NCBI GenBank assembly: GCA_051362555.1
Contig: CM120640.1
Coordinates: 64,768,788-64,832,787, forward strand
DNA: 64,000 bases
Direction of reading: 5' to 3'
DNA from: Lingula anatina
Lineage: Eukaryota > Animalia > Brachiopoda
Part shown: one piece after another, positions 40,701 through 51,410 of the stretch
Layout: the number at the start of each line of letters is the position of its first letter
Position numbering within the stretch: position 1 is the first letter of the stretch
Position numbers and translations under genes: made by a program
Notes under the pieces: model-generated
What the model saw: the letters and a program-made list of their open reading frames with translations, nothing else
What the model was told of the DNA's origin: nothing
Database searches by the model: none

Positions 40701-43287
40701 ATTCCCCATTCTAAGAAAACTGATCCTATCTTCACACTGTCATTACCAGAGAACCAGTGCCAGTCTCCTGCAATAATTTGATATATACTGTATATGTATT
40801 TTTAATACTTTAGGTTGGCAATGCCCATCGTCCCCGTGGCAAACACATGGGCTTAAACCCATTCGACATAGGTGACGAAGACGACAAACCTTTTCCTGAT
40901 GTGGATCCTCACTACGAGAGAGAAAACCGAGAACCGAGCGATCTTTCTGATCCTCTTTTTGATGAGGAAGTGGTGGATACCTTTACGCATCCCAGTCACC
41001 AACGTAAAGGTGAGTTAGCTTTAAGCACTTGAATATTTTTACATTTTTTATTCATTCGGTCACCGAATTTGTAGATAGCATTACAATGACGTTACCGTAT
41101 CTTTGCAAGAACAAAATACCAACAAAAAGTGTTATATTGTTCACAAACCCAGATTGAATTTAGTCATTTTTTTTTTCAAGGAAATCTGATGACGAAGTGC
41201 TGCAATGCTGGATTCACATTTGCAAAGAAACTACCCCGTGGGCCAACGTTTCGGGCGTGTCTGTCAGGGGGTAAACATTTCGTGCGAGCAGTAAAGAGGC
41301 AGAAGCTGCTATGCCTGCATAAATTTGGTGCTTGCTGTATGCGCGGGGACAAAAGGTTAGGTTTTGTTAAAAAGGAATAAATTTTGTGTATTTCAAAATC
41401 CAAAACATCGCCGCCGAATACAATGTAACGCAAAGACGATGTACCTGTACTTAGAGGACTGATAAAAGCACTCACTCTTGATATTTAAAACATAATTACC
41501 TTTCCAGAATATCTACAGATGAGGACACTGATGTAATACATGAAGATGCAACCTTTACTGACGTAGACAAGAGGGTTGAGATAGACACTACTCATGGCCG
41601 CTTTGAGAATGTCCAGGAAAAGTACCCGGATTTGGTTAACGACGACCAGGAGACAGAATATAACCAGGATGAGGATGACGACAATGAGGAAGAAGAGGAG
41701 GACGACATAGACGAAGATGACGAACAAGATATGTTACCAGAACAGGGCCGTAAAGGTACGGAAATTGCTTAAATCTCGTTAATGAAGTGCTTCGTTTAAA
41801 AGGACACAGGTGCTAAATTGTTAATTCCAATTATTGGCTTTCCTCCAGAAAACTCAAGTCATCACGAGTGAATTCTATGAATATATTTTACCTTAAGTCC
41901 TACACAAAATTATTTAGATTACTTACTTAGAGGTTTTTTAAAGGGACAACAATTTCATTTTGACGGGAAAAGTGCTATAAAATGGGGTAAACAACAATTT
42001 CCCCATACTTACCAATGGTTAAAAACCCCGTTCTGTAATTCAATGTTAATTGATCGTTTTTTTTAACAGTTAGTTTTAGGATGGTGGCAAACAGTGATGG
42101 TTCACTATCTCGCCATATCCGTATATTATGATAAACCGCCGTTTTCGTGGTAAATGCAATTACATTTTTATATGTATTTATTGTGAAATTTTGAATCTCA
42201 TACGAAGAGTCATCATCCTTGTAAGGGAATATAAAATGATATTTTGAAGCACGTTATATTTCAGATGACCTTCTGAAGAAGTGCTGCAAAGACGGATTTA
42301 TATCTGGCAAAAGACCAGGCCGTGGACCAGTGGTCAGGGCTTGCGTGTCAGAGGGCCACAGATTTGTGCGAGAATGGAAGAAGCCGTGGCAGAGATTGTG
42401 CTTCAGAAAATTCAAAACTTGTTGCTTGATCGCCGCCAGAAAAAGGTGAGAATAAACGCACCCGCTTTACACTCACAAAATTACTATCTGTTCTTCTGGA
42501 TATTAAAAACATTGCATTCCCAGAGATTTAGATCGATCCAGAAATTTAGATTTAGATCGACTTCACTCCCTGGGGGTTCACGCTAAATTGCAGTCAGCCG
42601 AGTTAATTACCCCCTTACAGCTTTAAGTAGGCGGGACAGACGCTTAAGCCGGCTAAGCTGACATTAATCTAGTGAGACTCCCCACAGGGATAGATCGATC
42701 TAAAATCTATGGGAATGGGGTCTAAAGACAACCATTGAATAGATTGCTATTTATCGTGCATCAAATTGAGTATATCATAACAGAATTATATCACAGTACG
42801 TGAAAAGATCAGTTAGAATTATTAACAATGTGGTTTTAGATCTCATCATCCCCGGAGACGACCTCATCATCGCAGAAGACCAGGCCCAAGACCACACCCG
42901 CGGCCACACCCTCGCCCACGTCCCACTCGAGAACCGCGTCCAACTCGTGTGCCTCGGCCGACAGATAGACCTCACCACCGCAACTACACCCACCGACCAC
43001 ACCACCGTAACCATACTACTCCTTTTCCAATGGAAACCACAGATACCGGCCGTTCTCAATATCGTCATCACACCACTCCGGTCCTCCTCCCCACAACTTT
43101 CCCCGCCCCGACAACAGAGCCCTCTGTCGGTAAAACTGTCTTCGTGGAAGATTTCGCCCCCATAGCCGACGAACAAGGTGATCCTGAGTACAATATAAGG
43201 AAGGATGATCAAGAACCAAAGAAATTATCCAACAAGTTGCGTCGTAAACTGAGGAGAAAGCTAAGAAAATTGAGGAAGATGCACTAA
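37755..43287 (+). CDS. Uncharacterised modular, probably secreted protein: Reeler domain, Pro/Glu repeats, His/Arg block, 2x (acidic spacer + anaphylatoxin-like module), His/Arg/Pro block and basic tail; first exon unresolved
   Basis: Ten in-phase exons total ~760 aa: 37755-37916, 38072-38288, 38567-38640, 38882-39250, 40260-40474, 40814-41009, 41181-41355, 41508-41755, 42265-42445 and 42840-43287. The Reeler motif FRWVAPRCGCIKISAIVV...DGALTKFICE resembles F-spondin. There are two CC-x2-G...C...C-x3-F-x2-CC modules. Confidence 0.8.
38970..39250 (+). repeat. Coding 33-bp (11-aa) imperfect repeats, EEPFEPTEDP-like
   Basis: Repeated gaaccatttgagcccactgaa units within the exon. Confidence 0.85.
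39316..39511. mobile_element. Near-perfect ~196-bp palindromic foldback/MITE in an intron
   Basis: atagtcaaaaa...gatagatccagatatttgatttacc...acttggtcacaa / ttgtgaccaagt...ggtaaatcaaatatctggatctatc...tttttgactat; arms of ~90 bp. Confidence 0.8.
42515..42718. mobile_element. MITE-like element in an intron
   Basis: Inverted termini cattcccagagatttagatcgatc ... gatcgatctaaaatctatgggaatg, plus inner inverted segments. Confidence 0.6.
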
Positions 43288-43721
43288 AAGGACATAAACA
43301 AGAAAAACGGAAAGCAATCCGATTAAAATGAAATGACTTTGAAAAGTTTTAAAATCCAACAGTTTCCGTTTTCGTGATGATTGTAGAAGTACAATGATTG
43401 ACTGACGAACCCGCACGATTCATGCAACTTTTCCTCTTAATGGCTACAATAAAGACATGCAGAACGTTATTTAAGCGTCTATCGGTTTATTTCTGTTTAA
43501 CAAGAAATTAAAAAGCAAAAAAATGAATTCAAATTATGGTCAAGTTATGAGGAGATTAAGTGTAAAAACGTTATGGTGTTGGGCCATGCGTTTCTTTGTA
43601 TCATTGCAGTGCAAAGTATTGGTTATACATGATTCGCCACAGATATTGTGAAATTTAAAGATATATCAAATGTGACAGGGTTGAGATAAATTTGACAATT
43701 CTTAATATCCACAACAGACGT

Positions 43722-44106
43722 TCATAAATGTTTTTTGACACAAAAATGTGGTGAAAATTCCTGAAAAGTCACACTCTGTCCAGTTTTTAAGGCATCCTCG
43801 GACGGGTTCTTCCTATATTTTTTAAGAATTCTTTTTCCCAACCATAGTAGGTATGGGTCGTGGTCATCTTCAAGTTTATCCACGTAAGTTGACACGACGC
43901 GCTCCATCGGGTGTCTAACCATCATGAACTTCAGATAGTTCTGCATACGATATATCCTCCCGTACTCGTTGAACCTGGCAAAGGGGGTGGGTGACAAAGG
44001 AAAGAACCCTCATGTGAACATCTTCCTGCGATAGACTTATCGCTTCAGTGTAATTATAATTATGGGTCAAATAGAGAAGTAACTTTTTGCAGTTAGTACA
44101 GCCCAC
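43722..44106 (-). pseudogene. Truncated, frameshifted carbohydrate sulfotransferase copy
   Basis: Near-identical to 51745-52086. It has a 4-bp insertion (aagggggtgggtgac vs aagaggggtgac), KVGCTNW changed to GCTNC, a ~340-bp 3' deletion, and a ~2.8-kb deletion removing all 5' exons. Confidence 0.9.
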
Positions 44107-44258
44107 ATGTATATGTTTTATGTAGATTATTATAAAGAAAAGAAAAGTACTGAGTGTGTTTGCTAAGTTTCAGTGCATTGTTTATGTATGTTTGTGTAAG
44201 CTTTGCTCAAATCGTATTTGTAGTAGGATTTATTATTAATGACCAATCAGATTTAAGT

Positions 44259-44421
44259 GATAGATACAATACGAGTCGCCGAGCTGTACGTGAAATATTA
44301 CGGGTGTATTGGCGAGCCGCAGGCGAGTGCAACAGACCGTGGAACGCACTCGTACACGACGTGCTTGAATGTCGAATACAGCACGGCCGAGTCTTTTGTT
44401 CTACGCGCTAGCCGTGGTTTG
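44259..44421. mobile_element. 163-bp CpG-rich insertion in the NUS1 copy A promoter, flanked by an AAGT duplication
   Basis: Absent from the paralogous site at ~55011 (cagatttaagtattttc). AAGT occurs at 44255-44258 and 44422-44425. Confidence 0.65.
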
Positions 44422-44532
44422 AAGTATTTTCTCCGAAATTGATCCGGCCCTGTTTCCAATTGAGCTGTCTGTACGTCGAGGAATGGCTGCCGGTGGCCGT
44501 TCATAGATTTCATCTTTCGCTAACGTCTTAGT

Positions 44533-46762
44533 ATGAATGTATTGTGGATCTGTAGCTGGATTAAACATGTTGCTAAACCATGGGCCCCTTTCAAGGGTAG
44601 AGACGTACAGTCATACGATTCCAAATCGTTGAAACGACTTCCAATTCACTTGGGTGTCATCATTCTAGAGGACAACATATCTTATATAGACATTGCAAAC
44701 ATGATTATATGGTGTATGACACTAGGTATATCATATATATCTGTTTATGATAGGAAAGGTGAGTACATTTAAGTGATGAGTAGTCACTTTTATGGCTTAA
44801 ATTAATGCACAATTTTCGTCAAGTTGCTGACATGCACTGGTCTTATCATACAGATTAGATCATAAGCTACCTAACCCAGAGAGAAAGTAAAAGTACGATT
44901 TTGTATCTGTCACACATGCGGTACACAGCTGTAACGTACGAGACATGTGACTTCCAAATATAAAAGAGTTCCAGGCATAATGTTGCCGAACACGCCCCCA
45001 GTATGCCGCTGGTGGCTAGAGTCGGCTGATGTGGGTTATATATGAAATCGAGATCAGGCTGGCAATACCGAAATCTAGGACCTAGGGTAATTTTCTAGTG
45101 ATCATCACCTAATATTTATTGATTAAGTATGATTCTAACATCCCAACTGGATTTATGACTAAAATTTTACGTTCATGGGTTAATATAGTCTTTTGCAAAC
45201 TGCTTCTTTTAAATAAAGATCACTATTATTTACAAGTGTTGTCATTTGGCTCCAGGTGTAATCAGGCAAAACCAAAAACATTTAGCAGAAGAAATACACA
45301 AAAGGAAAGAAGAATTATATAAAAAACGACGAGAATCATTTAATATAAATGTATACAATGGACTGTATGATAGTTCGAAATATACAGGTGGGACAATTTG
45401 GAATTTGTACTGGAATCTTTTTTATGACTATTCTTGTAATACTTTATTTACAAAAGTCAGTGATTACTACAGTATATGCAAAAAGTAACCTGAAGTGACC
45501 TGCATGGTCACTAGTCAGTGAATGAATATTAGACTCAATGTAGTATACTTTTTTATTTCAAGCAAACACATATGCAGCCAAAGCAAATAAAAAAGGATAA
45601 AATTCCTTTTGGACTAGTTTTTTCTGTTTTTGACAATCATTTTTATATATTACTGTAGACTTAAAACTGGTCTATGATCCCAAAAGCTAAAGCTGCACTG
45701 CAAATGCTGTTTAAGTTCATCTTTATTTTGCTGTGAAATTTTCATTCATTAAAGGACCATCCAGTAGTAACAGCTCAGATGTTCAGCTGCTGTCTGAGGA
45801 GGACGGCCAGCTCAGTCTTGTTCAGGTAGCCAAAGAAATCAGCAAATCAGTGAAGGAGAAAAGATGGAAGGTAGAGGATGTATCCCTGCAAAATGTAGAA
45901 AATTACCTACTAGGTATTTTTTCTTTGGTGTTTTGATTTTTATTTTCAGTAAGGTAACAGAACGGAGCATGCCTTGGATTAACTATCTCTATTTCAATTT
46001 TAACATTTAAAATTGTTTTTTTACTTTTCTGCATATTATTTAATGTAAAAAATATTTTAATTGTTAGTTTAACAGCATATGTTTTGTACATGTAATTTCA
46101 CTCTGTCATACTTTTCGATCTACTGTATCATATAAAGCATATATCAGAGAGACCTACACTGGTTCCAACTATGATTGACCTTTGTCAATATTTTCCTTAT
46201 TTTTTGTTTCAGAAAAGTCACGTTTTCCAGACCCTGATCTAGTGATTAAATTTGGTGCTGCAGAATGTTTAATGGGATTTCTTCCATGGCAAATTCGTCT
46301 CACTGAGTTTTTGTAAGTTGTCATTTCTTGTTATGGAGATTATGAATTATTTGCTAGGTATACATTGCAGTTGCATTTGTATTATTATGTACTATTTCTA
46401 TCATATGTGCAGTATTAGATACATAATTTATTCACTAGATCAATGCTTTGTATTTGATCATGGAGAGAGATTCCAAAACCCATGACTTTGGATATAACCA
46501 CAACGTATAATTCCTTTTGGAACAAGGGATCTACAGAATATATGGCATCACACTTAAAAGACATTTTGATCATGTTTTCAATGCAAGAATTGACCTTTTG
46601 CACATATTGATTCAATATGGTGTATGCTCTATGTTGACATTTCTGATGATGTTTCTGCTGCTCTATTTCAGTGTAAGTCCTTCCCACAGAGGTCTCTCCT
46701 ATAAGACATTCCTATTCCTGTTACAAGACTATGGGAACACACGGCAGCGGTTTGGGAAGTGA
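44533..46762 (+). CDS. NUS1: NUS1/Nogo-B receptor (cis-prenyltransferase subunit), copy A, lacking 15 N-terminal residues
   Basis: Five in-frame exons: [12 protein letters not shown]...[17 protein letters not shown]|..., LLSEEDGQ..., [29 protein letters not shown], and C-terminal RxG motif ...QRFGK*. Confidence 0.85.
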
Positions 46763-47375
46763 CGGCCATCACATTGTCACAACTCCTGTGTGTATGTTTA
46801 CAGATACAATGAATAGTATATTATATCAAGTCTGAATACTCCAGAATGTAATGTGAATCTTGAAAGATTACATTTTGAAGGATAATAGTGATAATGTTTG
46901 AGGTACAGATATTTTTTGTGTATTCTTTTAAGAATAATGCATTATTAAAATGATGCAGGTTATTTACACACTGTGCACAACTGCAAATACTAAGAAAGGA
47001 TTTATATTTTGAATTATACATTTCATTAAGCCCAATGGTCATATAGAAACATTTGTACAGGTTTACATCGATCTGATCTGTGTTTTGAACATGTAGGTTC
47101 ATTCCTTATTTGGATCTTATTGACATCATCATGGTGTTTCTTTATACAGTCTGGAGAGCTTTGTCCAGTAAGTTCACTTGATATGTATTATTTTATGAAG
47201 TATCCCAAAACGTTATCAAGAAATAAAAATTATCGCTTATACAATGGCATCAAATCCGAATGAAGAGGAAAAGGTTTAACACTGAGGAGGAATCGGGACT
47301 GTATTAAAATGCCCGTTGCAACTATGAGAGCTGTTTTTATCTTGTAACGGTTAATGAATGTTTGACGGATAGACC

Positions 47376-47739
47376 TCACCACCACAACTGTACCCACCGA
47401 CCACACCACCGTAACTGTACCCACCGACCACACCACCACAACTGTACCCACCGACCACACCACCGTAACTGTACCCACCGACCACACCACCGTAACTGTA
47501 CCCACCGACCACACCACCGTAACTGTACCCACCGACCACACCACCGTAACTGTACCCACCGACCACACCACCGTAACTGTACCCACCGACCACACCACCG
47601 TAACTGTACCCACCGACCACACCACCACAACTGTACCCACCGACCACACCACCGTAACTGTACCCACCGACCACACCACCGTAACTGTACCCACCGACCA
47701 CACCACCACAACTGTACCCACCGACCACACCACCGTAAC
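47376..47739 (+). repeat. 27-bp minisatellite, ~13.5 copies (HRPHHRNCT frame)
   Basis: (caccaccgtaactgtacccaccgacca)n with a cac/cgt variant; only ~1.5 units are present at the paralogous site 42974-43012. Confidence 0.97.
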
Positions 47740-48999
47740 TGTAACTGCAACACATGCTATATATTAAAGTAGATCAGAGTAATGTGTGCAGTGAGATGTG
47801 TTCACGTGTCACATGACTTGCCCTACAGGTATATATTTGAACTCCCGCTCTGACATTCCATTCAGTTTAGCGACACGGTCTCCCCGGACCATATTCAGGC
47901 CTTCCCAACTACCAGACTCGGCACCTACGGGTCCAGTATAAACCGGTTTATCAGACCACACTACCCGTTTTCAAGGTGTGTGTCAGATCGCATTACAGAG
48001 TATCAGCCACCACACCGATTTTGCCTGGTGCGCGATGTGATAGCAATGATCCTAAGCGGGGTTGGAAAGTAGTGCATCTCATCTAGATTCATGCGCTGCT
48101 GCAATTTTCTCTGTTTATGCTCAAATCTGACAGTACCGCAATTTTTAACATAAAATTTAGGTTAGGACATAGCCATTGATGTTTTGTAAATAAGAACTTG
48201 CAAACGTATATATTAATTTAGAAAAGTAGACCTAATTTTGATAGCAGAAGCATATTCTGTCGGGGGTTAAATATTTTCGTGACTACCGGGATGGACGAGA
48301 TTGAGGGCAGGGGTAATCCTAGAGAGAGGTGAGAAACGTCCATTGTTCTCGTCAGCGAGGCTGTCCTTTTTCAGGGTTTGTACGCACGGACAGAAAACTT
48401 AAGTATTGTGGGAACGTTACTAATGAAGCCACTGGTAGTACTAGTAGATATCAGCCTGTAGTCTTGAACAAGCGCCTCGATGACGAGTGAACAGTTGTCA
48501 AAAACAAAAGACCCAGGTGTGGTAGTTCAACTACTGTTGATGCGTGCCGCAACGACCAAACCTAATTGCTCCTCAAGGTCACAAAACAATAACCGGTACT
48601 GACGGCTAGGCTCGTCTTAATCATATAAGTAGCGCGTTTCCACCCCCTGATTGAGGGAGTCGTCTGTTGTATTCATGCGACTCCTACTTGACGAAAACGA
48701 GGCGCGATACCCGGATGACAGGTAGGCTTACAGAATTTGTGATAGGGTATGATACTCTTTTATGCGATCTGACACACACCTTGAAAACGGGTAGTGTGGT
48801 CAGATATACCGGTTTATTCTGGACCCGTAGGTGCCGAGTCTGGTAGTTGGGAAGGCCTGATATTGTTTTACGCTTTTAAATCAGTTTTTATTAGTTTGTA
48901 TCACTTTTTCATCAGTTTACGGAATTCAGTGAAATACAGTATGTGCACCCCAAGAACGCTTTTCGTGTTTTCAACGAATACATTACAGTCACGGCAACA
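47740..48999. mobile_element. Solo LTR (~290 bp after removing the nested element), possibly BEL/Pao-type
   Basis: Starts TGTAAC and ends CAACA, with a 5-bp TSD GTAAC (47735-47739, 49000-49004). Absent from copy A. Confidence 0.7.
47896..48859. mobile_element. Non-autonomous TIR DNA transposon nested in the solo LTR
   Basis: ~95-bp TIRs CAGGCCTTCCCAACTACCAGACTCGGCACC... / ...GGTGCCGAGTCTGGTAGTTGGGAAGGCCTG, with a 5-bp TSD ATATT. Confidence 0.88.
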
Positions 49000-49074
49000 G
49001 TAACCACACTACTCCTTTTCCAGTGGAAACCACAGATACCAGCCGGTCTCAATATCGTCATCACACCACCCCGG

Positions 49075-50177
49075 TGTGAAAGGAATGCATGTCCCCCAGG
49101 AACGGAGGTCCTACGGATCTGGGAAAACATGTCCTATGGACATGCGTTCCCTAGGATGTACTGTCCTACCCGGACCTAGATTCCCAGCTGTATTTATACG
49201 CAGCTAGGACATGTATTCCTGTCGGACATAATTTCCTTTCACATATACACAGAAACGCAAGTCCTACATAATTAATGTCCGTACAATAATTATAAACACG
49301 GGGCCATAAGCATCGGTAATTTTCAGTCGGCTGGCAGCAGCTTCCACACAGGCTCATCAGTAAGACGGCTGGATGAATAACCAAGAGCATAGAGAAACGT
49401 AAGTGAGTTCGAATCCTCAGCAGCGATGTTACTCTATATACAAATGTTATCCTAATTCATTCTCCATTTCAACGAACAAAACGCACTATACAATTTGTTA
49501 TACAATTTGGATTATTTTATTTAACGTTGAGCTATTTTAGAATTCCTTTAATAACTCGAATTTCGGATAATTATACGCAAAAGAGCATATTCTTTCTACT
49601 TTCACCTAAAAATACAAAGAATTAGAATGGGAAATTCGGGATCCATATGTAAGGGAAAAATTGCGCTCAGAAGACTAATAGTAAAAATGCATGTATAAAA
49701 AATAACAGACACATTCAATTTATTTATCTAACAATTATACACGTTTCATTTACAGTCTTAAACTGCATATTATGTCTCTCAAACTACAAATATTCCCAAT
49801 GATCATCAAGGCACCAAGAAAAAAAAAGAACTGTCACCTAAACGATATGTATACCAGTACCAGAACAGCTCGAACGTGATCGAGAAGTGTTCAACACGTA
49901 CTTGTAAGCAAGTATATCGCGAGAGGGCGGCTGTGTATTATTTCACACACTATTATTTCACCGAAAAACACCCCGTAAAACGTATAATGTGATGTGTATA
50001 AGGGCAAAAACATATTGTTTAGAAATGGACACGAGCCAAAATTCAAAGCTGTGTACCCCAGACATACAGTTGTATGTAAATGGCCGCTTAACAACAATTA
50101 AGGCATTAATGTAATGTGAAGAGGCCCGACATATTTCACAAGGTGGCGCGAATCTCATATTTTTCATATTAATCGGA

Positions 50178-50233
<56 letters not shown>

Positions 50234-50659
50234 TACATCTAATATTAATTTGTAGTTTTTTGTTTATTTAAAATATCTTAAGTTAGCCGAATAAAGTGTG
50301 TATAGGGGTACATGTATACAAATAATTATAATAAGCGTAATGACATTCTTAAACATCACGTTTAAATCTTCTGAAATTAACACATCATTCATATGAAAAT
50401 GTCAGAGGACATCTATTACCAGTCTAGCTGGGAAAATATGTCCGATTAGGACATCGATACCTGTCTGCAGGACTTAGAATACTAAGTAATGGGTGTCCAC
50501 TGGACGTTAAATCCTAGGAAATTATGTCCTAGGACATGCGTTCCTAGGAACGGAAGAGCCAGGACATGCATTCCCAGGACTTAGTGTCCGCAGGACATTA
50601 ATTTCTAGGAATACATGTCCTACGGACATGCATTACGGCGGACATCCATTCCCTTCACA
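49075..50659. mobile_element. Non-autonomous Ginger1-like DNA transposon
   Basis: Termini TGTGAAAGGAATG...CATTCCCTTCACA with a 4-bp TSD CCGG (49071-49074, 50660-50663); the empty paralogous site at ~43078 has a single CCGG. Subterminal (TA)GGACATG/GTCC repeats and an internal (TA)n are present. Confidence 0.8.
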
Positions 50660-50766
50660 CCGGTCCTCCTCCCCACAACTTTCCCCACCCCGACAACAGA
50701 GCCCTCTGTCGGTAAAACTGTCTACGTGGAGGATTTCGCCTCCATAGCCGACGAACAAGGTGATCC

Positions 50767-50852
50767 TACCCTCTACCAGGGCCACAGATGAATTTTTCAC
50801 TTGATATTAACGGATATGTCTCTGGTAATAACTGCGGCCCTGGTAGAGGGTA
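50767..50852. mobile_element. 86-bp MITE with a 9-bp TSD (Mutator-like by TSD length)
   Basis: TIR TACCCTCTACCAGGGCC / GGCCCTGGTAGAGGGTA, flanked by AGGTGATCC and AGGTGATGC. Absent in copy A. Confidence 0.8.
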
Positions 50853-51410
50853 AGGTGATGCAGAGTACAATATAAAGAAGGATGATGAAGAACCAAAGAA
50901 ATTATCCAACAAGTTGCGTCTTTAACTGAAGAGAAAGCTAAGAAAATTGAGGAAGATGCAATAAAAGTCATAAAAGGATGTAAGGAAGAAAAACGGAAAG
51001 CAATCCGATTAAAATTAAGCAAAGCAGTTTCCATTTTCGTGATAACTGTAGAAGTTCAATAATTGACTGACGAACCCGTATGACGTTCATGACACTGTCA
51101 TGAAGATTCATGCAACTTACAGCTGCAATAAAGACATGCCGACACTTTTTGAGCATCTATCAGTTGATTTCTGTTTAACAAGAAATTAAAAAGCAAAAAA
51201 AGGAATTCAAATTAGTTTGGGGAGATAAGTGTAAAAACGTTTAGTTGTTAGGCCATGTGTTTCTTTGTTTCACTGCAGTACAAAATATTTGTTAGACATG
51301 AAATTTAAAGATACGTTAAATGTGACAGGACTGAGCTAAATTTGACAATTCTTAATATCCACCATAGACTTTCATAAATGTTTTTTTTTACACACAAATG
51401 TGGTAGAAAT

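Larger units (their letters stand above)
42960..47366 (+). repeat. Tandem segmental duplication, copy A
   Basis: Colinear with 47364-62955 (Reeler-gene last exon and 3'UTR, CHST, NUS1). The junction ...gaatgtttGAC|ggatagacctcaccac joins the sequence seen at 62941-62955 to that at 42960. Confidence 0.9.
47367..50965 (+). pseudogene. Orphan fragment of the Reeler-gene terminal exon, disrupted by four insertions
   Basis: Pieces at 47367-47739, 49000-49074, 50660-50766 and 50853-50965 match 42963-43287. The splice acceptor was not duplicated, and there is a premature stop near 50923. Confidence 0.85.

Noticed and set aside
47230-47772. Long repetitive ORFs on both strands (VVWSVGT, GGVVGGYSY, WCGRWVQLR) and a CRISPR-like look
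   Set aside because: These are by-products of a stop-free 27-bp minisatellite. There are no unique spacers and no cas genes, and the context is eukaryotic.
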